A stretch of 55,006 bases of DNA from an uncultured Dehalococcoidales bacterium (lineage in GTDB: Bacteria > Chloroflexota > Dehalococcoidia > Dehalococcoidales > BS750m-G39), in NCBI GenBank assembly GCA_964408935.1, contig CAYPBF010000003.1, positions 1 to 55,006 on the forward strand. Reading direction: 5' to 3'. Positions within the stretch are counted from its first letter, which is position 1, and each line of letters opens with the position of its first letter. Made by a program: the position numbers and the translations under genes. The notes beneath the pieces are model-generated. The model saw nothing but the letters and a program-made list of their open reading frames with translations. It had not been told where the DNA came from and made no database searches. This document shows positions 1-9,710 of the stretch, in pieces.

Positions 1-1
1 T

Positions 2-639
<638 letters not shown>

Positions 640-726
640 ACAAGTTGCTAGTTAGAGAAGTATGTAGTACATTATTGATAATAAATAGCGAAATCCTATT
701 AAGTATATACTAAAGGAGGGGCAGCA

Positions 727-2070
727 ATGGCAAAGAGAACCAAGGAAGAAGCTAAGGACTATGTCCTGAAGATGGCTAAGGAGCACGACGTTAAGTTCGT
801 CCGACTCTGGTTTACCGATATCCTGGGTATGCTCAAGAGTTTCGCCATCACCGTGGAGGAGCTGGATATGGCACTGGAGGAGGGGATGGGCTTTGACGGC
901 TCGTCAATCGAGGGCTTTGCCCGTATCGATGAGAGTGACATGGTAGCTATGCCCGACCCCGATAGCTTCCAGCTGCTGCCCTGGAGACCGCGCGAGCACC
1001 GCGCTGTAGCGCGAATGTTCTGCGACGTCCTCAGGCCGGGCGGTCAGCATTTTGAAGGCGACCCCAGATATGTCCTCAAACAGAACCTGAAGCGTGCCTC
1101 TGACCTGGGCTATACCTTCTACGTGGGGCCGGAGCTGGAATATTTCTACTTTAAGGGTCCCGACGGCACCGAGCAGCTCGACCAGGGCGGTTATTTCGAC
1201 CTTATCCCGCTGGATATGGCCACCGACCTGCGCCGGGAAACCGTGCTAGCCCTGGAGGAGATGGGCATCGGCGTTGAGTATTCCCACCATGAGGTGGCCG
1301 GCAGCCAGCATGAGATAGATATGCGCTATACCGATGCCCTGACCATGGCCGATAACGTGATGACCTATCGGCTGGTGGTGAAGCAGATTGCTATCCAAAA
1401 CGGTGTCTACGCTACCTTTATGCCCAAGCCTATCTTCGGCGTTAATGGCAGCGGCATGCACGTGCACCAGTCGCTTTTTAAGGGCGATAAGAACGCCTTT
1501 TTTGATGCCAAAGACGAGTATCACCTGACCCAGGTAGCTAAGAGCTACATCGCCGGCCTGCTCAAGTACGCCCCGGAAATCACGGCGGTGACCAACCAGT
1601 GGGTCAACTCTTATAAGCGGATGGTTCCCGGCTTTGAGGCACCGGTATACCAATCCTGGGCAAGGCGAAACCGGGCTGACTTGGTGAGGGTTCCTGAATA
1701 TAAGCCGGGTAAGGAAAAAGCCACCAGGATAGAATTCCGCTCCCCTGACCCCGCCTGTAACCCATACCTTGCCTTCAGCGTCATGCTGGCCGCCGGGCTG
1801 GAAGGAGTTGATAAGGGCCTGGAAGCACCTCCGCCCGTCGAAGAAAACGTCTACGAAATGACCGAGCAGGAGATGAAGAAACGGGGAATAGGTATCCTAC
1901 CGGCCAGCCTGGTGGAAGCTATCCAGCTGGCTGAGAAAAGTGAAGTAGTTCGAAAGGCTCTGGGCGAGCACGTTTTTAAGGCCTTTATCCAGAACAAGAA
2001 AATAGAGTGGAACCAGTACAAAGCCCAGGTCACCGAATATGAGCTGAAGAAGTACCTGCCGGTACTATAA
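727..2070 (+). CDS. glnA: Glutamine synthetase type I (short, GSI-alpha-like)
   Basis: FDGSSIEG, HHEVA, FMPKP, NGSGMHVHQSL, RIEFRSPDPACNPYLA; SD aaggaggg. Confidence 0.97.
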   Translation: MAKRTKEEAKDYVLKMAKEHDVKFVRLWFTDILGMLKSFAITVEELDMALEEGMGFDGSSIEGFARIDESDMVAMPDPDSFQLLPWRPREHRAVARMFCDVLRPGGQHFEGDPRYVLKQNLKRASDLGYTFYVGPELEYFYFKGPDGTEQLDQGGYFDLIPLDMATDLRRETVLALEEMGIGVEYSHHEVAGSQHEIDMRYTDALTMADNVMTYRLVVKQIAIQNGVYATFMPKPIFGVNGSGMHVHQSLFKGDKNAFFDAKDEYHLTQVAKSYIAGLLKYAPEITAVTNQWVNSYKRMVPGFEAPVYQSWARRNRADLVRVPEYKPGKEKATRIEFRSPDPACNPYLAFSVMLAAGLEGVDKGLEAPPPVEENVYEMTEQEMKKRGIGILPASLVEAIQLAEKSEVVRKALGEHVFKAFIQNKKIEWNQYKAQVTEYELKKYLPVL

Positions 2071-2088
2071 GCCAAGAAGGAGGCCGCT

Positions 2089-3822
2089 ATGCCTCATTCG
2101 GGTGATACCCGTCGGCTGCGCATTGCCATGGCCCAACTCAACGTCACGGTAGGCGATTTCGAGGGCAACCTGCGTAAAATGCTGAAAGGCGTCGAGCGGG
2201 CGAAGGAGCAAGGCGCCGACCTAGTCACCTTTCCCGAGCTGGCCGTCTGCGGCTATCCGCCCGAAGACCTGCTCTTTAAGCCGCACTTTATCGCTGAAAA
2301 CCGACGCTACCTGGGAAAGCTAGCCGAGGCTTCGGCGGGAATCACCGTTATCGCTGGTTTTGCCGATGGCGACGGCGCTATCTATAACGCCGCCGCCGTT
2401 ATCCACGACGGCAAGCTGGCCGACGTTTACCACAAGATATTCCTGCCTAACTACGGCGTCTTTGACGAGAACCGCTATTTTCGCCCCGGTGATAGCTGCC
2501 CCGTCTATACCATCGCCGGCGTTAAGGTCGGCGTCAATGTCTGCGAGGATATCTGGTATGATTTCGGCCCGGCTAACGTTCAGGCGGCGGCGGGAGCCGA
2601 GGTCATCGTCAATATCAGTTCCTCGCCCTACCACTTCGGCAAAGGCAGCTTCCGGGAGGAGATGATAGCCAGCCAGGCTAAAGATAATAGGGCTATTTTT
2701 GCCTATGACAACCTGGTGGGGGGGCAGGACGAGCTAGTCTTTGACGGCGGCAGTATGATTCTGGACGAAAAGGGGCGCTTGCTGGCCAGGGGCAAGCAGT
2801 TCGAGGAAGATATGATAATAGCCGACCTGGATGTTGCCGCCAGTCGGACACGCCCAGAAAAGAAGTCATCTACCCAAAAACCACCCTGGAAAGTAACCCG
2901 AGCTACGTTATCCGAAAAACCTTTCATTGTCGATAAACCCGCGCTCTCCCCCCAGAAGGTCAGGCCGAGGAGCCTCTACGCCGAAATCTACGAGGCCCTG
3001 GTATTGGGCACGGGCGACTACGTGACCAAGAACGGCTTTAAGAAGGTCGTGGTCGGACTTTCGGGGGGAATCGATTCCAGCCTGGTGGCCGTCATCGCCG
3101 TCGATGCCCTGGGCAAGGAGGGGGTGGTGGGGGTGGCTATGCCCTCCAGGTATTCCTCGGCGGGCAGCCTCTCCGACGCCGAGCTGCTGGCCAAGAACCT
3201 GGGCATCAAGCTCTTGACCGTTCCTATCGAACAAGTGTTTCAGGCCTACCGCGATACGCTGGCCGAGGCTTTTGAGGGGACGAAGCCCGACGTCGCCGAG
3301 GAGAATATCCAGGCGCGCATCCGGGGCAACATCCTGATGGCGCTCTCCAATAAGTTCGGCTGGCTGGTGCTGACCACGGGTAACAAGAGCGAGATGGCTA
3401 CCGGCTACACCACGCTCTACGGGGATATGGCGGGGGGCTTTGCCGTGATAAAGGATGTGCCCAAGACCATGGTCTACGAGCTGTCCCGATACCGCAACTA
3501 TCGGGGGGACAAAGAGCTGATACCGCCTTCGGTTATCGATAAGCCGCCTTCGGCGGAGCTGAGGCCGGAGCAGAAAGACAGCGACACCCTGCCTGCCTAC
3601 GAGCGGCTCGACCCCGTGCTCAAGGCCTACGTCGAGGAGGATAAGAGCGTCGAGGAGATTATCGCCCTGGGTATCGACGAAGAGGTGGTCAGGAAGGCCG
3701 CCCGACTGGTGGACGGCAGCGAGTACAAGCGGCGGCAGTCGCCGCCGGGGGTAAAGATAACCACCCGCGCCTTCGGACGGGACCGCCGTTTGCCCATTAC
3801 CAACCGCTATAAGGGTGGGTAG
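2089..3822 (+). CDS. nadE: Glutamine-dependent NAD+ synthetase
   Basis: Nitrilase domain (FPEL, K..LPNYGVFDE, VCEDIW) plus SGGIDSS, ENIQARIRG, TGNKSE, PPSAEL. Confidence 0.96.
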   Translation: MPHSGDTRRLRIAMAQLNVTVGDFEGNLRKMLKGVERAKEQGADLVTFPELAVCGYPPEDLLFKPHFIAENRRYLGKLAEASAGITVIAGFADGDGAIYNAAAVIHDGKLADVYHKIFLPNYGVFDENRYFRPGDSCPVYTIAGVKVGVNVCEDIWYDFGPANVQAAAGAEVIVNISSSPYHFGKGSFREEMIASQAKDNRAIFAYDNLVGGQDELVFDGGSMILDEKGRLLARGKQFEEDMIIADLDVAASRTRPEKKSSTQKPPWKVTRATLSEKPFIVDKPALSPQKVRPRSLYAEIYEALVLGTGDYVTKNGFKKVVVGLSGGIDSSLVAVIAVDALGKEGVVGVAMPSRYSSAGSLSDAELLAKNLGIKLLTVPIEQVFQAYRDTLAEAFEGTKPDVAEENIQARIRGNILMALSNKFGWLVLTTGNKSEMATGYTTLYGDMAGGFAVIKDVPKTMVYELSRYRNYRGDKELIPPSVIDKPPSAELRPEQKDSDTLPAYERLDPVLKAYVEEDKSVEEIIALGIDEEVVRKAARLVDGSEYKRRQSPPGVKITTRAFGRDRRLPITNRYKGG

Positions 3823-3891
3823 GGGCTTAAAGCTATTGGCAGGGCGTGGTATAATAGCCCAAACCGTACCATCTGAGCAGAGAGGTCTTTC

Positions 3892-4887
3892 ATGGAACAG
3901 GTCGTCGGTGCTGATGCTGAAGGTAAGCTGATAGTCATCCTCAGAATCTTAAGCGAGTCCTCGGAGCCGCTGGGCTCCATCACCATCGCCCGCCGCCTGG
4001 AGGGGGAGGGGGTTTTCTTGAGCGAGCGGGCGGTCAGATACCATCTAAAGATTGCCGACGAGCGCGGCTACACCCAGCCTGGGGGTCGGGACGGGCGAAT
4101 GATTACCGACGAGGGGCGGCGGGAGGTCAAAGAGGCACTGGCTTCGCAGCAGCTCGGCTTCGTCAAGGAGAAGCTGGAACTGCTGGCCTACCAGACCACC
4201 TTCGACCCCGTAAAGCGCAAGGGGCAGCTGCCCATCAACACCTCATTCGTGGCCAAAGATAAGTTCAGGAAGGCGCTTTCCGCCATGAAGGAGACCTTTA
4301 GGGCGGGCATCTGCGTCAGCGAGCTGGTGGCCACGGCCGAGGCGGGCGAACACCTCGGCGCCGTGGTCGTGCCCGAGGGCAAGGTCGGCTTCGCCACCGT
4401 TTGCGGCGCCGCCATTAACGGCGTGCTACTTAAGGCAGGCATACCCAGTGAATTTCGCTTCGGCGGCGTGCTCGAAATAAGGAAGTCGGAGGCGAGGCGT
4501 TTCGTGGCCATCATCGACTATGCCGGCACCTCCCTCGACCCCTCCGAGCAGTTTATTCGCGCCCGGATGACCAGCGTCGGTGAAGCCGCCCGCACTGGAA
4601 GCGGTAAGATTCTGGGTAATTTCCGCACCATACCCGCCCAGGCCCGAGCCGCCGTGGAAGAAAAGCTGGCGTTGCTCAAAGAAATCGGTATCAACGGGGT
4701 CTACGCCCTGGGCGAGACCAGCGAGCCGCTTTGTCAGATTCCGGTGGCCTTGAATCGGGTTGGTGCCGTCCAGCTGGGCGGGCTTAACCCGGTGGCGGCG
4801 GCCGTCGAAGCCGGCATCGAGATTGAAAACGTGGCCGAGAGCGGACTGATCGACTTCGACCAGCTAGTCAGCTTTGGCAAGCTGTAG
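3892..4887 (+). CDS. nrpR: NrpR-type (DUF128) nitrogen transcriptional regulator: wHTH plus NrpR regulatory domains
   Basis: N-terminal wHTH (LSERAVRYHLK...GR.IT..G) and C-terminal DUF128-like region (GGLNPVAAAVE); ends the nitrogen cluster. Confidence 0.8.
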   Translation: MEQVVGADAEGKLIVILRILSESSEPLGSITIARRLEGEGVFLSERAVRYHLKIADERGYTQPGGRDGRMITDEGRREVKEALASQQLGFVKEKLELLAYQTTFDPVKRKGQLPINTSFVAKDKFRKALSAMKETFRAGICVSELVATAEAGEHLGAVVVPEGKVGFATVCGAAINGVLLKAGIPSEFRFGGVLEIRKSEARRFVAIIDYAGTSLDPSEQFIRARMTSVGEAARTGSGKILGNFRTIPAQARAAVEEKLALLKEIGINGVYALGETSEPLCQIPVALNRVGAVQLGGLNPVAAAVEAGIEIENVAESGLIDFDQLVSFGKL

Positions 4888-4900
4888 TATATATAAGTCT

Positions 4901-4936
4901 AAAAAAGCAGGGTCGAGGAGACTGCCTCGACCCTGT
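4901..4936 (-). terminator. Intrinsic terminator between convergent operons
   Basis: 11-bp stem CAGGGTCGAGG (4908-4918) / CCTCGACCCTG (4925-4935) with A6 at 4901-4906, i.e. a U-tract on the minus strand. Confidence 0.85.
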
Positions 4937-4970
4937 TCGGTTTATAAATAGGGTTGCCAAGAAGGCTGCT

Positions 4971-5189
4971 TTAGTCTTTTACCTTGGTTTCTTTCTCCAG
5001 CACCTCGGCCAGGGCTTTGAAGCCCTCACCGCCGAAGGACTTGAACTGCAGGGTAAGCAGCTCGGAGTACTTAAAGCCCTTGGACTTAATCCAGTCCCGA
5101 TGGACCTTGTCGCCCCGCCCTATCATGTGGCGGGCCAGGTCGAGGGAGCTGCTCGAAACCTTGTTGCATACCGGACAGTGATAACTCAT
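4971..5189 (-). CDS. Small C2H2 zinc-finger-like protein
   Basis: 72 aa, C-x2-C-x12-H-x8-H; last gene of the minus-strand operon, upstream of the terminator. Confidence 0.75.
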   Translation of the reverse strand: MSYHCPVCNKVSSSSLDLARHMIGRGDKVHRDWIKSKGFKYSELLTLQFKSFGGEGFKALAEVLEKETKVKD

Positions 5190-5209
5190 TTAAACCTCCG
5201 CTAAAAGAC

Positions 5210-7489
5210 TTATTTAGCCTTCTTTTTATCCTTCTCCCTGAGGGCCTTGAAGACCTTCTCCGGGGTTATGGGTAAATCGTTGATGCGGACGCCGACGGCC
5301 TTGTAAACGGCGTTGCCGATAGCGCCGGCGGTGGGGTTGGTCAGGCCTTCGCCAGCTTCCTTAGCGCCGAAGGGGCCTTCGGGCTCGTAGGTATCGATTT
5401 CCAGAATTTCGGTCTCGGGCATATCCAGGGAGCGGATGAGCTTGTAATCAGCAATGGACGGGTTGAGTATCTTACCGTCGTCCATGGGCTGGTCTTCACA
5501 GTAGCCGTAGCCGCCGGCCATCATAATGGCGCCTTCCAGCTGCCCTTCGATGCCGACGGGGTTGACCACGGTGCCGCTTTCGTGGGCGGTGGTGACGTTG
5601 ACCAGATAGTATCGGCCCGTCTCCACGTCCACGGCCACCTCGGCCGCCTGGACGCCAAAACTGTAGGCGGGGGATATCATGCCCTTGCGGTGGGGGGTAT
5701 AGTGGCCGCGGCCCATGATAGCCACACCATCCTTGCCCCTTATCGCCTCTTTAACGATATCATAGTAGGACACGCCTCTCTCGGGGCGGTTGATTATATG
5801 AATCCAACCGTCCTTGATGTCCAGGTCGTAGACGATGTTGACGTTCATCTTGGCGGCGGCGAATTCCATAATCTGCTGCTTGCATTCGGCGGCGGCGCGC
5901 TTTACGGCGTTGCCGCTCATCAGCGTCTGTCGGCTGCCCCAGGCACCGAGGTCGGGCGGACAGATGCCGGTATCACCGGAGAAGACCCTGACGTCCTCCA
6001 GCTTAATGCCCAGCTCCTCGGCGCATATCATGGCCAGGGTGGTATTAGAGCCCTGGCCGATATCGCAGGCCCCGGTATAGACATCGGCCTTGCCGTCGAT
6101 ATTTATCTTGACCACGGCCGCCGAGAAGGCGTAGGGGGTGTTGAACCAGTTGAAGATGCCGCCCGACATAAAGCCGTAGGCGGAAACACCGATGCCGTGG
6201 TTGGCGGGCAGCTTGCCCCGCTTCTTGATGTGCGTTTCAATCTTGTCCAGGCACTGGTGCAGGCCGCAGCTCTGGATAAAGGCCTGCCCGGGGACTTCGT
6301 AGTTGGGGGTCATGCCGTTTATGCGCCGTATTTCGATGGGGTCGATGCCCAGGTCGTCGGCCATCATATCGATTTGGGATTCGCCGACAAACGTTGACTG
6401 GGGGGCGCCGAAACCGCGCATGGCCGAGGTGACGGCGGTATTGGTATAGACACGGTAACCGTCGTAGCGGTAGTTGGGGAATTTATAGGGGAAGGAGGAG
6501 AAGAAACCAGTCAGGTAGAGGGCGGTGGCGCCCATAGCCGTGTAGGCGCCGCCCTCGGTGATGACGCGGGCTTCCTTAGCCAGCATCTTGCCGTCCTTGG
6601 TGGCTCCCAGCTTGAGGAAATAATACATGGGGGTGCGGCGCTTGGTGGCGGTGAACTCCTCTTCCCGGGATAAGACTATCTTTACCGGCTGGCAGAGCTT
6701 CTGGGAGAGGACAGCGGCGCAGAACTGGGCCGAATCCAGCTCGAACTTGCTGCCGAAGCCGCCGCCAGTGTGGCGGTTCATCACCCGGATGTCGCTCTCT
6801 CTAATATCGAGCATGTCGGCGTAGAGCCGCTGGATATAATATGACGATTGAGTAGATGTCCACACGGTGAGCTTGCCGTTGTGGCCGAAGCTGGCTACGG
6901 CGTCGTGGGTCTCCATGCAGACGTGCGCCTGCGAAGAGCACTTGTACTGGTCTTCGCGGATGTGGTCGCACTTCTTGAAGGCTTCGTCAACGTCGCCCCA
7001 CTCGATGTGGCGGTTGATGTTGATGTTCAGTTCAACGCCGTCGTGTACCTGGGGCGCCTCTTCCTTGATAGCCTCCAGGGGGTCGTAAACGGCGGGTAGA
7101 GGATCGTATTCCACCTCGATAAGGTCCAGCGCCTCTTCGGCGGTGTCCTCGTCGATGGCGGCTACGGCCGCTACCGGGTCGCCGATGTAGCGGACTTTCT
7201 CGCGGCAGAGAATTTCCTCGTCGCAAAGCTCGGGGAAACGCCGCCAGATGCCCTGTTTGCGTCCCAGGGTATCCTTGCCCGTGACCACCGCCTTAACACC
7301 AATGACCCTCTTGGCCTTGCTGGTATCAACCTTGAGAATCTTGGCATGGGGGTAGGGGCTTCTCAGGACCTTGCCGTAGAGCATGTTGGGCAGAACCACG
7401 TCGAAGGTGTACTTGGCGCTGCCGGTTACCTTTTCCGTTCCGTCGATGTTATGTACCCGTTGACCGATTACGGTAAATTTACTAGTCAT
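5210..7489 (-). CDS. Xanthine oxidase/dehydrogenase-family molybdopterin-binding large subunit
   Basis: GGGFGSK, AMRGFGAPQ, GPFGAKEAGEG motifs; 759 aa. Confidence 0.93.
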   Translation of the reverse strand: MTSKFTVIGQRVHNIDGTEKVTGSAKYTFDVVLPNMLYGKVLRSPYPHAKILKVDTSKAKRVIGVKAVVTGKDTLGRKQGIWRRFPELCDEEILCREKVRYIGDPVAAVAAIDEDTAEEALDLIEVEYDPLPAVYDPLEAIKEEAPQVHDGVELNININRHIEWGDVDEAFKKCDHIREDQYKCSSQAHVCMETHDAVASFGHNGKLTVWTSTQSSYYIQRLYADMLDIRESDIRVMNRHTGGGFGSKFELDSAQFCAAVLSQKLCQPVKIVLSREEEFTATKRRTPMYYFLKLGATKDGKMLAKEARVITEGGAYTAMGATALYLTGFFSSFPYKFPNYRYDGYRVYTNTAVTSAMRGFGAPQSTFVGESQIDMMADDLGIDPIEIRRINGMTPNYEVPGQAFIQSCGLHQCLDKIETHIKKRGKLPANHGIGVSAYGFMSGGIFNWFNTPYAFSAAVVKINIDGKADVYTGACDIGQGSNTTLAMICAEELGIKLEDVRVFSGDTGICPPDLGAWGSRQTLMSGNAVKRAAAECKQQIMEFAAAKMNVNIVYDLDIKDGWIHIINRPERGVSYYDIVKEAIRGKDGVAIMGRGHYTPHRKGMISPAYSFGVQAAEVAVDVETGRYYLVNVTTAHESGTVVNPVGIEGQLEGAIMMAGGYGYCEDQPMDDGKILNPSIADYKLIRSLDMPETEILEIDTYEPEGPFGAKEAGEGLTNPTAGAIGNAVYKAVGVRINDLPITPEKVFKALREKDKKKAK

Positions 7490-7971
7490 TTCGCCTCCTT
7501 ATACTCACCCTTAACCACGGCGGTTATGGCCCTGATGATGCTGTTGTAACCGGTGCAGCGGCAGATGTTGCCGTCAATGCCCTCTTTTATCTCTGCCTTG
7601 GTGGGTTTGGGGTTTTCGGTGAGCAGGGCCGTGGACGACATCAGCATCCCCGGAGTGCAGAAGCCGCACTGGTAGGAGCCGTGGTCGAGGAAGGCTCTCT
7701 GTAGCGGACTCAGTTTGTTGCCCTTGGCCAGCCCCTCCACGGTGGTTATCTCGCTGCCGTTGGCCTGTAGGGCCAGCATGGAACAAGACTTGACCGACAT
7801 GCCGTTGAGCATTACGGTGCAGGCCCCGCAGGAGCTGGAGTTACAGCCCCGCTTGGTTCCGGTCAGGCCCAGCTCGATCCTCAAAACGTCCGAGAGCAGG
7901 GTGTTGGGTTTGACAAAAATGTCGTAGGGTTGGCCGTTAACCTTGAATTTTAGCTCTTTTTTCATCATCAA
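7486..7971 (-). CDS. Xanthine dehydrogenase-family 2x[2Fe-2S] small subunit
   Basis: GTKRGC..SSCGACTV, QCGFCTPG, GNICRCTGY. Confidence 0.95.
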   Translation of the reverse strand: MMMKKELKFKVNGQPYDIFVKPNTLLSDVLRIELGLTGTKRGCNSSSCGACTVMLNGMSVKSCSMLALQANGSEITTVEGLAKGNKLSPLQRAFLDHGSYQCGFCTPGMLMSSTALLTENPKPTKAEIKEGIDGNICRCTGYNSIIRAITAVVKGEYKEAK

Positions 7972-7980
7972 ACCTCTCTA

Positions 7981-8850
7981 TCAAGCCTTCTTGGCGTTAG
8001 CCATGGCCTCTTTAGTTAGTCGGGGGACCAGGACTTTAATCAGCTCGCGTCGGTATTCATCCGAGGCGTAGATATCGGATATGGGGTCGGCCTCCTTGGC
8101 GGCGGCCTCTCCGGCCTGCGCCAGCAGGGCGTCGGTGGGCTTTTTGCCCTTAAGTATTGCCTCTGCCTTCTTGGGCCTAAGCGGGGTCGGTGCCGATGCC
8201 CCCAGGGCGAGTCGGATATTCTGGCAGACGTCGCCCGCGCCCAACGTGACCGATGCGGCCACGCTGACGGTGGCCAGGTCGCTTTGAATCACGTTGAACT
8301 TGTAGTAGGCGGAGCCGGTTTTGGCCGGGACGGGGGGCAGCGAAATCTCGGTAAGCAGCTCACCCGGTTCCAGCGCCGTCTCGAAGTAGTCCAGGCTGAA
8401 GTCCTCGGCGGGCATACTCCTCTTGCCCTTGGAGCCAGTCATGGTCAAGGTTGCGTTGAGCGCGATGAACACCGGCATGGGGTCACCGGCGGGGTCGGCG
8501 TGGCAGACGTTGCCGCCGATGGTGCCCCAGTTGCGGGTCTGAATCGAGGCCAGGCGGGTTTCCATCTTGGCCAGCACGGGGTATTTCTTCTTAATGACCG
8601 CCGATTTCTCGATAGTGCGGTGGGTGGTGGTAGCCCCGATTTTGAGCCCGTCCTTCTCGTCCTTAATGTAGCTCAGCTCGGATACGCCCTTGATATCAAT
8701 CAGGTAGGGGGGGGCGACCAGTCCCTGCCGCATCAAGACCAGCAGTGATTGCCCGCCGCAGATTACCTTGCAATCATCCTGGTATTTATCCAGCAGGGCA
8801 AGGGCTTCTTTGAGCGTCTTGGGAGCGAAGTGTTCAAACTCTTTTATCAT
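7981..8850 (-). CDS. Xanthine dehydrogenase-family FAD-binding medium subunit
   Basis: ICGGQSL, GTIGGNVCHADPAGD, DIYASDEYR; 289 aa. Confidence 0.93.
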   Translation of the reverse strand: MIKEFEHFAPKTLKEALALLDKYQDDCKVICGGQSLLVLMRQGLVAPPYLIDIKGVSELSYIKDEKDGLKIGATTTHRTIEKSAVIKKKYPVLAKMETRLASIQTRNWGTIGGNVCHADPAGDPMPVFIALNATLTMTGSKGKRSMPAEDFSLDYFETALEPGELLTEISLPPVPAKTGSAYYKFNVIQSDLATVSVAASVTLGAGDVCQNIRLALGASAPTPLRPKKAEAILKGKKPTDALLAQAGEAAAKEADPISDIYASDEYRRELIKVLVPRLTKEAMANAKKA

Positions 8851-8923
8851 TAGCCCGACCTCCTAGATTTTGTAGCGTTAGTCACTTTAAAGCCTCCGTT
8901 TTTCAGTATCTATGGGCTTCTAT

Positions 8924-9379
8924 TTACCCCAGCTCTTCCTTCAGCTTTTTCTGAAGGTTTTCGATAAACTGCGCCCCGACCTTGTTGACTTTGGCGCGCA
9001 TAATTCTCTCGCCGAAGGTGGCCAGCCGGCCCACCATGCTCACGTTGGACATGTAGGCGACCTCAACCTCGCCGCCGCCTAGCTCCTTCATGTCGACTAT
9101 GGTCTCCTGGCTGAAGGTGCCGGCGCCACCCATGGCCGAACCCCGCCCCACCGCCTTGATATGCTTGGGCGGGTCGATATCGCTCAGTTTCTGGGTGAAA
9201 TTGATTTTGACGCCGATGGGGCCTACCCTCTGTTTGACGATACCTTCCCAGGTCGTATCGTCGACGGGTTCCATCTTGTCAGCGCCGGGGATACAGGAAG
9301 CCAGCGTGCCCGGCTTGAGCAGAAAGTCCCATACCTTCTGTATTGGCGCTTTCATGGTGAACTTCCCCTCAATTTTCAT
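8924..9379 (-). CDS. coxG: CoxG/SRPBCC-family protein
   Basis: APIQKVWDFL...CIPGA...GRLATFGERIM pattern; adjacent to the molybdoenzyme genes. Confidence 0.8.
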   Translation of the reverse strand: MKIEGKFTMKAPIQKVWDFLLKPGTLASCIPGADKMEPVDDTTWEGIVKQRVGPIGVKINFTQKLSDIDPPKHIKAVGRGSAMGGAGTFSQETIVDMKELGGGEVEVAYMSNVSMVGRLATFGERIMRAKVNKVGAQFIENLQKKLKEELG

Positions 9380-9405
9380 TTTGAGATTCGCCTCCTTCTC
9401 GCTCT

Positions 9406-9630
9406 TTAGAGCATTTGGTTAATGTACGGGTCTGCGCTGGGGGTGGGGAGCTTGGGCATGGTGAAATTACCATTAGAACCCGCCTTTGAGAGAGGCAGGT
9501 TCTTTAGGACCTCCGGCAAACACCCCCGATACTTTTCGCAATAGCATAAAAGGTAGTGGCGGCCCCTATAGACAGGACAGTCTTTGCATATCGTCCCCGA
9601 AAAGGGGCATATCATTTCCGCCTTAGCCAT
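9406..9630 (-). CDS. Small Cys-rich hypothetical protein
   Basis: 74 aa with CPFS..C..C...RGRH...C.C...RGC; fills the gap in an otherwise tightly packed operon. Confidence 0.65.
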   Translation of the reverse strand: MAKAEMICPFSGTICKDCPVYRGRHYLLCYCEKYRGCLPEVLKNLPLSKAGSNGNFTMPKLPTPSADPYINQML

Positions 9631-9710
9631 TAGCGCAATTCTTCTTTAGATTTAATACCAGCCTATATTCTTGCACACTATTGAGTTGCGATGCAAATTT
9701 TTTCTTCAGG

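Noticed and set aside
5210-7489. Aerobic CO dehydrogenase (coxL), suggested by coxG and the M-S-L gene order
   Set aside because: No VAYRCSFR active-site loop; the gene order is shared by many xanthine-oxidase-family enzymes
5210-8850. 4-hydroxybenzoyl-CoA reductase (hcrCAB)
   Set aside because: The FAD subunit is short and shows no Cys cluster for the extra [4Fe-4S] centre of HcrB
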